Position numbers and translations under genes: made by a program. Positions 48,317 through 60,862 of a DNA stretch of 64,000 nucleotides are shown piece by piece (within the stretch, counting starts at the first letter, position 1; every line of letters begins with the position of its first letter). The notes under the pieces were generated by a model. It saw only the letters and a program-made list of their open reading frames with translations. It was not told where the DNA came from and did no database searches. Source of the stretch: Moniliella sp. 'wahieum' (lineage: Eukaryota); NCBI GenBank assembly GCA_003971905.1, contig RSEE01000008.1, forward strand, positions 496,001 through 560,000. Direction: 5' to 3'.

Positions 48317-49076
48317 TGGATCGTCTGATTGAGATTCGTTGCTAATCCCGGGGCGGCTTATGCAAGGGCTAGTTGCCGGCTATCGATATTGCCCTTCCGA
48401 CGACTTGCTCATGGACACTACTTGTATGTCGGCTCGCGCTCACCGCGCGTGTCCTTGCCCAGCGCATCCCTGTCTGCTGCCAAGACAGGCGCTGTGGCGC
48501 GCCCCCAATAATTTGCCCGACATCTTGTTTCTGCACTCGTATTGCACCCTGTGCACCGTAGACAGCGTTGCCAGTTGGTGTAGCGTGGCAAATATCCATC
48601 GACTAGCTGGGGGAGCATGAAGCTTGAAGCTTCAAGTATTGAAGTGGGGGCAGGCTGGAATGCTGGCACCATAATTATGGGGTGGTCACCGGCCACGGTC
48701 ACTGGTTGTTGCCCGGGCCGCCAGGGGGTCATGTGACTGGTCATGTGACTTGGCCGATAAGCGGAGTAGTGACAGCCACATGCCACACGTGCTCGTCGAT
48801 CTGATTGATGCTCTCGATCTGATCGTCGGTGCAACGTTCAATGCGCACGAAGGCACAGCACAGCCCTGGCCGATTTGAAATGTTGCCAGCGCACAGATGC
48901 CCCCCCCGCGTTGGGCCAGCGTCCACAGTGCCTCCTAGGGTTGCCCCCACCCGGGCACTCTCTCGCAGTCCGCTCCCCCGGCCCGACCGCCGCCCGATTC
49001 TTCCCGGTGTAGCCCTGCGTTCGGCGCTGGGAGCGCTGCCTTCTCCCCCCACACCATCGCTCGCTCCCTGCCCCCC

Positions 49077-49807
49077 ATGTTCGCCCGCACCTTTGTCAAC
49101 TCGTTCCGTGGCCAGGCGTCCCGCTCGGCTGGCACGCTCGGCCGTGCTGCTGCCCCCCGTGCCATGATGTGGGCTGCCGGTGTGGCCGGTGCGGCGGTGG
49201 CTACTGCCGCCATTGCCCGCCCCGCCCCGCTGCACCTCGAGGGCCCCAAGACCATTGCTGGGGAGGCCAAGACCGTGTCGGAGCGCAGCTACATCATGAT
49301 CAAGCCCGACGGCACCGCCCGCCAGCTCGTGGGCGAGATTATCTCGACGTTCGAGAAGCGCGGCTACGTTCTGGTTGGCTTGAAGATGGTCGTGCCGAGC
49401 AAAGCGCTGGCTACGGAGTACGTTTCTGTTCTGCTCCTGCTTGTCTGCTGATTACTGGTTCACTGACCTTGCCTTGGATTAGGCACTACTCCGACCTCTC
49501 GTCCAAGCCTTTCTTCCCCTCGTTGGTCGAGTACATTACCAGCGGTGTGCCCGTGGTTGCTATGGTGTGGGAGGGTAAGGATGTGATCAAGCAGGGCCGC
49601 AAGATGGTTGGTGCGACCAACCCCCTTGCTGCCGCCGACCAGCCCGGCAGCATCCGTGGCAAGTACGCTATCTCGGTCGGCCGCAACCTGATCCACGCCT
49701 CGGACAGCTTTGAGTCGGCGACCAAGGAAATTGGTCTCTGGTTCAAGCCTGAGGAGCTGGCGTCGTACAAGACGGCCAACTACGACTGGATCTTCTCCGA
49801 CAACTAA
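49077..49807 (+). CDS. NDK1: Nucleoside diphosphate kinase with an N-terminal mitochondrial-type presequence; 1 intron
   Basis: [32 protein letters not shown] and [10 protein letters not shown] (catalytic His). Intron at 49418-49482. Arg/Ala-rich acid-free leader [16 protein letters not shown]. Confidence 0.97.
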
Positions 49808-50757
49808 ACTGTTGACCGGGAAGTCCCGCGCAGTGTGCTCCCACCCAAATCGTCTCGGATGTATCATTAGCAGGTGCTCGAACCAAGCCTGCTTCGTATG
49901 ACCTTCCCAGGACATGCGCAATTTTCTAGTTCCCACAAGCGTACCTCACGCACCGTTATTGCATTCGCTCGTTGGCACAACAGAGGCCTATTGCGGCTTT
50001 GCTGCACTAAGATTATAGACTCTTATGTAGTTGTACGCAACGTAACCGGTAACCATTCAGCGCACGACCCTGGTTGAGCTGGTTGTGCAGATGACACACC
50101 GGAAAGATGCCATTTGCATGTCATTGGGTCTTGGTAAGGGGGCATGCCCACCCATGTTCGTTTCCCTCGTCCAGATGCCCATCGTTGCACTGACTTTAGT
50201 CAAGCGTATACTCAGCGTGGTACAGCTGCTGACAACTTGCGCATCACAAAGAAGGGCGAAGTGGGCACGACAAAACAGTGCTAATAGGCGCTAATTGCTG
50301 GTAATGCTCACTCTGTCTTTTTGACCCGCTGGCGTGATGGTTGAAGTCTACATGATGGAACGATTCTACTGCGGTCACGACACTACGGCAGAAAAGGGAG
50401 CACTACATCAGCCGTTTCATCAGAATACCGTAGCATAACAACCAAGTGGATCAAACAATCCCGAGCTCAGCGTCAAAGCACAGCAGAGACTATAGTGACC
50501 ACTGATGATACACTCGTTGAACCTCTGCTATATCATTGGAGGGGCCGGTCTTGGCATCAGGAAGCTTCCCTGTGAAGAAAAAAGTGAAGCGAGGCGCCGT
50601 TCCCAACTGTCAAATGAGAGGAGGGAGGCACCACGCGAATGAAAACAAAAGAGACGGTGCGTAGAGTGGAACCCGTTGCACCGGGGTAGGGGGAGAGTGG
50701 GAGAGATGGTCCATGCAATGCGTTTGCCATCGATTGCGAATGGGAAAAAAAGGTGAA

Positions 50758-51754
50758 TTAAGGCTTCTTGATAGCCGGACCATTGGTGACCGAGGCGTGC
50801 TGGCGACAGTTGGAGCTCTTGCCAGCCGGCTGGGCCGAAGGCGTAGGCTTGATGCCCTGGTACCAGGTGCTACCGCCATACACGCCAGGGGGGTGACCCG
50901 ACTCGCCGTCGCATTGCTCAAAGCTGTTGCCATAGGCCGCAGGCTCATTCCAGTAGCACCCCATGACGTCGTAAATGTGGGGGCAGTAACGACGCGCCGT
51001 GGGCGAATCGCCAAAGCAGGCGCGGAAACAATACTCGTTGTGCGACATGAAGGATTGCCACTCGGAGAGGCGCTCCCAGTTGCCAGTGCGGGCACGTGTG
51101 AAAACCAGACCTCCAATGGGGTTGCCGGATCCGGTGGCACCGTGAGGGTCGAGCTCGCCACCCTCGTCGCCAGGCTGGATGTTCAGCTTGGTAAAGTCGC
51201 CGTGGCCGGTGACCTGAACAAAGTGAGGCGTCTTGAGGAAATGCGCACCGTGGATGGTACCTTCAGGAATGAGCCGAGTACCGTATCCCGACTGGACGAA
51301 AGGGCAAAAAGAAGGGAAAAGAAATCAGTCAGCTCTTTCCCCTCTTGTGCGATATGGACGTATGGAGAGCGGGTTCGTACCTTGAGACAGTATGAGATCA
51401 TCTTCTCCTCCAGAGCTCCCACGGTGCCACCGGGACCGGGCTTGGCCTTCCAGGGGGCCCAGAGACAAAAGTCCTTGACACTGTACGAAAAGAAGGAAAC
51501 AAGGATTAGGAAAGATGCGAGGGTGAAGAGAACAGGATATAGGCAAACCTGTTAATGTAGGCGTTCTGGCAGTGACCCTTCTTGGTCGAGTCACCGTACC
51601 GCTTGGTGCAATCGTTCCAGCCAAACTGACCGCCCTTTTTGTCGACCTTGGCGGGCAGGTTGGCGGGGTTTTGGTACTTGTTGCCGTATTGGTCTTGTGC
51701 AACGACCGAGACGGCGCCCAGAGCAAGGACAGAAAGAAGGTTGCGCAGCTGCAT
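50758..51754 (-). CDS. Secreted Cys-rich protein of the basidiomycete MP88/macrophage-activating glycoprotein family; 2 introns
   Basis: Signal peptide MQLRNLLSVLALGAVSVVA; NSVKDFCLWAP, GTRLIP..GAHFLKTPHFVQVTG.GDFTKLNIQPGDEGGELDPHG..GNPIGGLVF, EYCFRAC and CPHIYDVMGCYWN. Introns at 51548-51481 and 51380-51292. Confidence 0.85.
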
Positions 51755-53134
51755 TGGAAAGGGTAGCGGAAAGACAAGAGAGTGGGGGCAGGCTGTCGGA
51801 AAAGAACGGAGAGAATAGGAGGGGAGGAGGGAAGGACAACAAGAGTGGAGGGGCGGCGGGGATGATGGCAGAGATCCGGATGAGTGTTCGGCCCCTTAAA
51901 TATATTCACGTTTGGTGGGCACTATAAGCGTCGCGTTTGGTGGACGCTATAAGGGTCCCGTGTTGTGGAGGATGGGCGGGAGGGGGGGGAGGGGTGGCCA
52001 CCTGGAATGCACGGAATGTATCTCAGATCCATAGGTCTCGAGTAGTGGGGTGTGTCCACCCGTTCCTACTACTGGTGTCTGTAGTGGCTAGTGACTAGCC
52101 CACCGGCGAGTGGCGCCGATGAGGCGGTAAGGTAGGGAACCAACGGCGGGATGGGACGGGAGATGCACTGAAGGGCTGAGCGGCCCCATGCCCGAGGGCC
52201 TCAGGCGCCAAACAGATCTGCGAGTCCTCCGTGGCTGAAGAGGCGCTGAGGCGACTGTGACCGGGCTCGGGGATTGCAGGGTGACACAAGTGACATGTCA
52301 CGCTAGGGCGCTGGGGAGCGCGGCTGGCCCAGAGGCTGCCACACGCAGGCCCGGCGGCCGATGGCAGGTGGAGAGAGGAACTACTTTTTGCCTCTACGAT
52401 CTGCGATCGCCTTGGGCGCCCTGCGAAGGCTGCTACCGGCTGCTGTACCCTATGCTACTCTCAGGCCCCAGGCACTGGCCCAATGCCTTGCTTGGCCGTT
52501 CTTGGCTCTTTCTGTCCCTCCCCTCGGGCCGGGCGTGTGCCTGACTTTGCAACGTGCCAAGTCTGTGACGTTGAGGTAAAAAGCGCCAAGACCGCTCCGC
52601 GCTCCAGCTCCAGCCCTCCGGCCTCCAGCTCAAGCCCCCAGATATCAGATGCCCTCGATCAGCGATCAGCGCTCAGCGATCATCGCCCACGCTGGAGCGT
52701 TTCACCACCTGTAACCTGGCCCACGGTGCATCTTTTGCGCGTTTACATGTTTACACGATCATCTCCCTTGAAACGTCGAAGCTCGAGCGCTCGAAGAGGT
52801 TACCTTGCAACTCATGCACTCTTGGGGCGGGGTCGCACTAACAAACACCATAAAGCTTCAAACCGCTTCGAGAGCAAATAGCGTCCTTCATTGACATCGC
52901 GATCCTCGTCTTCAAGCTATACAGAAGGCTACGCAGGCAATGGGTGGGAAGACCATATTATAGGTACCACATCTTTTGTCTTTGCTCAGTTGAACGAGCA
53001 CTGGCTGGGTCGTGGAGAAACGTTGAAGCATAGAAAGCTTTGGTATCCGTAGCTTATTCTTGTGGTTTGGGGTGGACCATGGACCCTCTCGTACCATGCA
53101 ATACAGAGGGAAAGGTCGTGTCCCGAGTAGTAAG

Positions 53135-56100
53135 CTAGCTGTGCAGCAAGGCCTTGGCCTGTACAATGTTGGTTGCCAACTTGCGTGTGTTCGCCGCTGC
53201 GATGATCACATCCGGGTCAAAGTCCACGTTAAACGAGGTCCGGATGGCCGTCGAGAGAGCCTTGGCTTGAGCCACGTTCCAAATGAAGAAGTCGTCCGCA
53301 TCCGCCTTGGCTGGCGGGCCCTCGGTCGTGCTACTTTCCGCCGCGTATTCTTGCTCCGAACTTGACAATCGGTGCAAGCGCATCATACACTTCGGATTCC
53401 GTCTTGGCCGGGTGCACTGAAAGGGAAGAAAGGGAAACATTAGCATCCTTTTCAGGACATCGCAAGAGGTGTCAAGACAAGAACTCACCATAGATCTCAA
53501 TCACGCTCGACTTTGCCAGAACGCCGTGCTTGCCATCATGGTGATAGCGCAACTCGTACAATCCGGGGGCCCAAACGAGCTTGTCGGCTTCAAAGAGGAC
53601 CGTGCCGTTGTCCGAACTAGCTGCACCTGGGCGATCAATCAGTTGGTCTCCCTGCCACTGGTCGGGCGCCACACCAACCCACTTGCCTTGACTCGTAATG
53701 AGGGTCACTGTATGACCATGGTCGCCGTCTTCTCAGCCCCCGCTGCTGCCAGGCGGTTGAGAGAGTAGAGACCAATCCAGTCCGCTCGGCTGTGGCTCGC
53801 TTCAGCCGTCCATGTCGCCTTGATCGGCTCGCCCACATAAAACTTGTTCGCGACGGGCGAGAGAGAGTACCGAGCCAAGTCCAAACCCGAAATCTCATCG
53901 TCCTTACGCACAATCAGAAGCTTGTCCCGGCGTGCCTGAATCGCAGCCTTGGTATCTGTCACTCCGGTGCTAACTAGCCGCGGGACCGATGGACGAGTTG
54001 CTCCAATGCACCCTGCGCATCGCGATATGCCTCCTCAAAGCTCCCCGTCAGCTCGCGCAAGCGTGGGTTAGCCATCGTCGCCTTGCGCAGCAAACTTGAA
54101 CTCCGCTGTTGAATCCCAGCCCGCTTGATCTGCCGTGTCACGCCCGAGTCTTTGCGCACGGCCGCTTCCCCATAGAGCTTGCGCATATGCGGTCCTTCGA
54201 CATAGGAGAGGAACCACCAGTGGGCCAGGTGACTAAGCACAGCAATGACCAACACGAGTTTGCTCCCGCTAATCAGGACCGCCAAAGAAAGCTGCGCCGC
54301 CCATGGACCTCTCGGGGTTGTTGAGGAAGCGGTAGATGCCCGTGTAATACAGTTGGTGGGGTAGTCGTCGACAAAAAGTCGCCATAAAGCCAGCCAAAGG
54401 GCCCGAGGACCTTGTACGAGCTATGTGCCGCCCATACATGAAGGGCGAGCAAGAGAGCACCAAGTGTGGCGGAGCAAATCGGTGCCAACCGTGTAGTTCG
54501 ATCCAGACAACGGAATGTAGCAGTTCCAGCACAACACCCCAAAGCTGGCGTACGTCAGGATGAGGGACGTGTTGTAGATCACCTTCCAGTTCTGAAACGC
54601 TTCCAGGACAGCGTCACGGGGGTGGTGTAGCTGTAGTGTTTCACATAGTGCCGCACCATCCAGCGGCTTTGAGACTGCTCATGCAGTACTGCGCCGAGAC
54701 CAAATGAATGCAAGAGGCGCCAGAAAAGAGCATTGACAAACAGCAATCCCAAACGGGTCCGTGGGCCCATTGCGGGTAGCACCCACGGCACCACTGCATA
54801 CACCACCGCTGTCAAGAGTAAAAAGTCCGAGCCGCGGAGGAGGTCAAGATTGTTGAAAATGACGGTGTCCTTGCGGAAGAGGCGATGGTGCATGTCGTGG
54901 AGGGTCATGGTCGTTGAACGCTCGGGTTGCTCGGTGTCTAATGGGGTCTGTTCGTGAATGGTATCAGTGTCGATCGAAGCACGAGATCCCGTTACCGTGG
55001 TGGTATCCGCCTTCTCTTCGTCTGATAAAGCCGTACTTCCGCTTGTTTGACTTGGCGTAGGGGCGTCCGCCTCCGAGACAAGAGAACTCGAGTGATATGA
55101 CGGTAGCTGGAGGCTGGAGAATCGGACGAGGAATTGCTGCCAGCGGGGAACGAAGGCTCGATTCCAGCAGCAGCCTGGACAGACGCCTGGTTATATAATG
55201 CCTTATTGAGGGGAATGCGTGCGGCTAGGGGCTTCTTCTCCCCATAGACGCGAGAGATGTGGGGGTTCTCAAAGTAATTGAGGAAACAGGCTTGACCAAA
55301 GTGGGCTGCGAGGGACGAAGAGAACAGCATAGCTGCCCGACATCAATGACAGGCCATAGTAGCCGGCATAGCCAATGCTGTACATGGGATCGGGAGCAAT
55401 CTCGTACACTCCGTCAAAGACCAAGTTTTGAAGCATCAGGAAGAAACAGTCGCCCCAGTACCATGCAAAATCGCCCACAATCTTGTGAGCATCAACTTTA
55501 ACCCAGAGGTTGAAGAGAATGATGACGGTGCCAACAACGTAGCGGGCGAGATGCATGAGCAGTTGTGACCCTCGGGCAAGCGGAAGCATGAGAAAGCAAA
55601 GAGACTGTAGGCGACAAAATCGTTAAGCAAGATCACGTCCACCAGTGAACGGAAGAGGAGCCAAACGTTGTAATCGAGAGGTACAGCGTTAAAGTCATAG
55701 TCAGCGCCCATCTTGACCTTGAGTTCATGCTTGATCATCTGGGCTGCTTGAGGACGGCGCTTCTCGTCAAACCATCCCTCGCGTTTGACCGTGTTAACAA
55801 TCCAAGCCCGCTCTGACTGTTGCTTGAGGACCCAACCTAGACCACCATTATAGGCAATACGCCAAAAGGCAAAGGTGAGCAAAAAGAGCTTCTGAGCCGT
55901 AGACCGTGACACAAAGAGGTAGGTGAGTACCTGCAGGCCCAGCAACCCAACCGTCAGGAGGTCAGGGGTGTCTTGGGCTCGCGCGGGTCAAATATAGAAG
56001 AGAGGACGTCGGCGGTGCGGGGAACGACAAAAACTGGGGCAAAGACCGTATGTTAGTCCATGTCAGATCAAGCAATCAAAAAATCGACATTCGTTCAGAA

Positions 56101-56321
56101 TAGTAGTGACACGCACCTGTGCCATCAAAAGTGCGGCCCATAGGCCGGCCGGGCGCCTGCTTCTTGGCATGGTCATCATGGGCGACACTGTTGGAGGGTG
56201 CAGATGGCGAAGGAGTCGCAGCAGCTACAGATGGGGCCTCCGGAGCAGCAGCGGGAGCCACTGGCCGACGCTGGGTGAGATGTGATGTGGACCCCGCATT
56301 GTCACTAGCACTGACGTGCAT
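53135..56321 (-). CDS. CHO2: Phosphatidylethanolamine N-methyltransferase; 2 introns; frameshifted
   Basis: [98 protein letters not shown] and DWIGLY. Introns at 56116-56034 and 53488-53417. Confidence 0.96.
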
Positions 56322-59300
56322 GCCGTTGTCAGCAGCAGTGGCAGTGGTAGTGGCGGCAGGGCCAGTGCAGCATCGGCACTAGCGCCAGCAGGCACAGCAG
56401 GTGCGACGGCCGACGAGCTCATCAGCGGCGATGGGAACGGCAGGTGGCAGTGGTGGTGGCAGGGAAGGAAGAAGAAGCAGGCGAAGCGGGAATGGGCATG
56501 TGCGGACCGAAGCTTTTGCGCCATCCATCGCGCTAGCGGTGGACGAAGCGTAGAGGCCGCAGGCATTGGGCCTTGGGCGGGAGCACGGGGCACGGGGCCT
56601 GAGCTGCCCGAGTGCGTGCTAGTGCGCCATGTGCTTGACACCGTGCTGAGGCGCGGGGGGCGCCAGGGCCAGCATGTGTGGGCTGGTGCCTGCGTGGCTA
56701 CTACCGGCCTGAAGCGGCCCGAGCCATCTGCAAGTGGAGCCCTCCCCCCTGCAGAGCGCCAGTGTCCCGTTACCAACGCTGTGATTACGTACCCCACACG
56801 ACCAGCCACGCCCGCAACGCCACACTCCACCTCTGGCACCCCCGGCACCGGTGGCACTCAACGTACGCTGGCGCAGAACCGTGCGCGTGATCCATCACCG
56901 GTGGCCGGTGATCCCGCCCTCAAGCCAGCTTTCATATGCCACGCACGACACCAGTGTGCCATGCTTTGCACCTCTGGGGTTTGTTACGTTTCACATTTCA
57001 ATTTCTGCTTGCGCTCGTCATTCAGCCTTCGTGGCTCCGGCGGATGCTTGGGCTCAAGCTTCAAGCTAGGCCAGTGCTCGGGAGGCCTCGGGCCTGAGCC
57101 TCAGGGGGCTAATAACCGGTTCCCGATGCCCCGGTAACGCGCGGAACGGAGATTTAATAGACCGGCTCAGGCCTTCGTCCACAACCTCGGCACTTTCCCG
57201 TGTAGACAACGCCAGTCCCCTGGCGAGTCCTAATCATGGATCAGATCATGGACCAGGCCAGCCATTAGTCAGGCACCATGCACACCGCCCTAGTTCTCGA
57301 GGCTTCAAATTTCATCAGTTTAGTTTGGAGCCAGCGTTTGAAGCCTTGAGAAGCTTGAGGAGCTTGGGGTCTAGCGACGGACTACGGCAGGCAGATGGCG
57401 CGGTCTGAGCTACCAGAAGCAGATGAGCGAGAACGAGGTAAAGAGTTGAGGGAAGAGATGGGGGTGGTCAGGAAAAAACAGGAATGCGCCAGCGGCGTCT
57501 ACAACTTATACAGTTGGAACAAGATGGAGACGCCGTGGGAGAGCGCGGTGCAGGCCTCAGTCTAGACCAATAAACCTCCAACGATACGGCAGTGCCACAC
57601 TCACAGCAGCCAACACGGCACAGCAGATGCTTCACATTGTGAAGCTGGAAGTTGCTTGAAGGGCGTCCTTGTCCGCTTTTTGATATTATAGCGACCCCCT
57701 CTGTCACATCAGCAGTACAAAGCCTAGGCTCCTTTGGGGACAAAGGCTTTGATGGAAGCGGTACTGGCATACTAGTGATTATGGCCCTAATCGCCATGGA
57801 TAGACGGATATGATGAGAGTGCAACAGAGACATGAAACCCCAAAGAGCCAAAACGCCATTCATAACAGAGTGTGATTGAAGCCCAACAGCTATCCACCCG
57901 AATTGTGGTCGATCGCCATTACCATAAGCATATGACGACGCTTTGGGCGTGCGTTCTCGATCATATAGACTGCCCACACCAAGAGGTGTCCCTGCTACTG
58001 CCGACGCTGAAGTTCCCCCTCTATTTTAATGCTATTACCTTTTCCACTACGGCCTTCTGTCGCGTATAGGGTATCTCCAGTGTAGGATGATATATGAGTC
58101 CAATGTAGGACGGTGGCTACGGTGGCCGGGCGAAGCCCCAGCTGACATGGTCGTTGGCCCGGTGGTCTCCTAGTCTATATATAGCAAGAGAGATACTTCG
58201 CTCTATGAGACGAACTTGTGTTATTGACCCGCCGCTTCAACCATGCTCGGATTATGGTCCCCGCCTCATGTGAAGTGCAGAGTATCATAACTTCATCATG
58301 TCTTCATTCACAGCACCCTATGGCACGTCGAAGTCTCCCACACCTTTTGGGCTTTGTGTTCGGAGCCCCCACAGTATTATTTCCCTCTGGGATAGCCGAG
58401 AATGTCAAAACTAATATCTTTCCTTAGCTCCTTCTCTTTCCTGAACTCCATCTCCCCAGTCAGCTATAGCGAGGGCCTCCCTGACGGCATAAGCGCGCTT
58501 TGGCCATATGTAGAACTAGTTGGGATGGGTGGGTTCGCCTGAGCACCATATTCGTTCGCTATGTGGTAGGCCAAAAGAGAGCACAACTTCAATCGGTTGC
58601 CTGATATGCTGCGGACTCAAACTGACATATGAGAGACCGTGGATCGTATGCACGCTCCTTGATTTCTCTCCCCCCCTTCGGGCCTCCTATGTCTGTCGCC
58701 CATGTGGTCATAACCCCCCGGTATCAGCAGGACGTCTGTTTCCGAAAACTTGGAATCGCGAGGACAGTATACACTGGGGCTCGAATAACCACTTGGTAGC
58801 GTTCGGACCGAAAGACCGCTGTGTCACAGTGCAAAAAATCACGCCAAACCTTCTTCTGAGATCTGATGCAGGCTCTCTTAATCTTTGACTTCGACAAAAC
58901 TCGTCTCTTCGCCACAGTTGAGTGACCCACCGGACCGGAGGCCGTCTTGTATGTACACAAACCATCTTTCTCTCTCCCAAACCGCTGAATATACGGTTCT
59001 ACCTGCCATATTGGTCTCCGATTACCCTCTGAAGCGAACTGCCCCTTTTCCTGTTTCGACTCCTCTGCTACAAGTGTATGCTATTCGCGAGAGACTCATT
59101 TATAGGCTTTCATTAGCCCCTGAGCGTGTTGTCTCCGTGCATCATCATTGTCACACAAATATATATTACGGAACCCGTATTAAGCCGGCTGCCCTGGATG
59201 AGTTAGCGCTTAGCGGTCGGATGGAAGCCTATTACTGTGGCCACTGCGTGTTATTCACACAGCATAACTACCAAAAAGACAGCACAGCACCAACGTTATT

Positions 59301-59444
59301 ACTGGCCGGGGTTGCTTTTGGAGATGGACACAAACCTATATTATACAACTGCCTTAAAGAACCGAGGCAAGAAGACATAATAATGTGCTTTTTTTGTCCC
59401 GAATTCGTGAGATAGAGATGCGTCCGCAAAATGGAGACAAACCA

Positions 59445-59960
59445 CTGTTCTTATATATTCCCATCATTGACAGAGCTTGTTAAGGCTGGGACACAGGGAC
59501 ACGCTAAGCCTAAACCGACCCGTTCATCTTGCGTGAGTTACTTGTGCTAGAGGGTAGTGCTAGGGTTCACCTGCACTCTCTCCAATGGATCGGTGATGCT
59601 CGCTGGTTCGGGAGATTCGCCCCTTGCGTGGTCTGCGCCACCCCTTTGTCTGTTCCGACTTGCTTGCTTGGCTCTTGTCTTCTTCCCTTAAGCTTGCTTG
59701 AAGGACTTGTGGCTGACCGCCCTGCCTTCTTGCACGTCTTGAAGGTGCGCCTCTGTTTTCCCTGTTCTTGTGTTGTCCTCCGCAATGGAGCTTGCTTGAA
59801 GGACTTGTGGCTGACCGCCCTGCCTTCTTGCACGTCTTGAAGCTCATCTCTCGTGCTGCCCATAGCGTTTCCCAGCTGCAGTCTAGCAACTTGGTAGCGC
59901 CACCACTGTTAGGGAACCAGGGGGATCGCCAGGATATCAGGACCCTCTGGTACTCGCCAT
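59445..59960 (-). repeat. Inverted copy of the 4517-4680 repeat, interrupted by a 344-bp insertion
   Basis: For example GGAACCAGGGGGATCGCCAGGATATCAGGACCCTCTGGTACTCGCCAT (59913-59960) is almost exactly the reverse complement of 4517-4563. Confidence 0.92.
59545..59888. mobile_element. Solo-LTR-like insertion (344 bp)
   Basis: Starts TGCTAGA and ends TCTAGCA (TG...CA, 7-bp inverted termini). Flanked by ACTTG at 59540-59544 and 59889-59893, whereas the uninterrupted copy near 4583-4587 has a single ACTTG (minus strand). Internal perfect 54-bp direct repeat at 59691-59744 and 59789-59842. Confidence 0.85.
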
Positions 59961-60862
59961 ACCTATACTGGAGTGAATATCGAAAAGGTGCTGTGGATAT
60001 CACCTTCTTCTGAACCATATATCTATTGATTGAAGCTTGAAGAGTGGCCGTTTAATGTTTAGGGTTTAAACGTGGCCATCTTCTATTCGAGGGAGGGGCA
60101 AGACGGCGACGGACAGCACACACGCCGATTAATGAGCAAGAGTTGGTATGCGACGCAGCGTTTCTTTGTCCTTATTAATTTGAAGCTTCGCAAATGATCC
60201 GAGTGCTGCAACGCAACTTCAGGATTGCGTGTGCGATATGTTGCTGGGGCAAGCATTGGGTGTGCGTTGTGTTGTTGGGAAAGACACAAGCCCACACACG
60301 CTTGGTGCTGGGTGTTTTGTGTGCCAAAAATGCTATTGCAATTAACAACAAACGCCCACCTTGGGCTTGGTGCGCGGCCAACAACTGTGGAATGACTTTG
60401 GCTCATTTCGTCCGCCTCAGCGGCCCTGCGCCACATGTTTCAGAGTGGCAGGGCGCGTGGGCCTATTGCAAGGACCTATGGTCGCCGTCGGCGTCTGGGA
60501 TCCGATATCGCACAGTGCCAAGTGTAGCGCCTGGCGCCAGTACTCAGTCTCAGTGTATACACGACAGTTCTCACGCCATCACGCCTGCGTCGCGTTCCGG
60601 CCCGGCACGCCCAGGTCTCCTGCCTGCTCCTGCCCGCCAGATCAGTCAGATCGCCACACAAGAACGGCGGGCGGGCTTCATTAATAGGCTTTTGTATACG
60701 CGTGGGCGCTTGAGCGCTCGAGTGCCGGAGCCAGCGCCCCTGTGCCAACCAGCTGCGCTGTCCTGAGGCAACTAGCAACTAATAAGCAAAAGGAGCCATA
60801 CCCAACATGGTCAGTCAATGCACATGAGCCACGCCCAGCCGCCCCTTCCCCTCCCTGTACAT

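Noticed and set aside
58081..58220. Possible further LTR relic (TGTAGG start, TATATATA box)
   Set aside because: No matching terminus, target-site duplication or second copy found in the window.
58885..59415. 176-aa ORF in the repeat island
   Set aside because: Non-ATG start and no transposase, gag, RT or integrase motif recognisable; probably decayed sequence.
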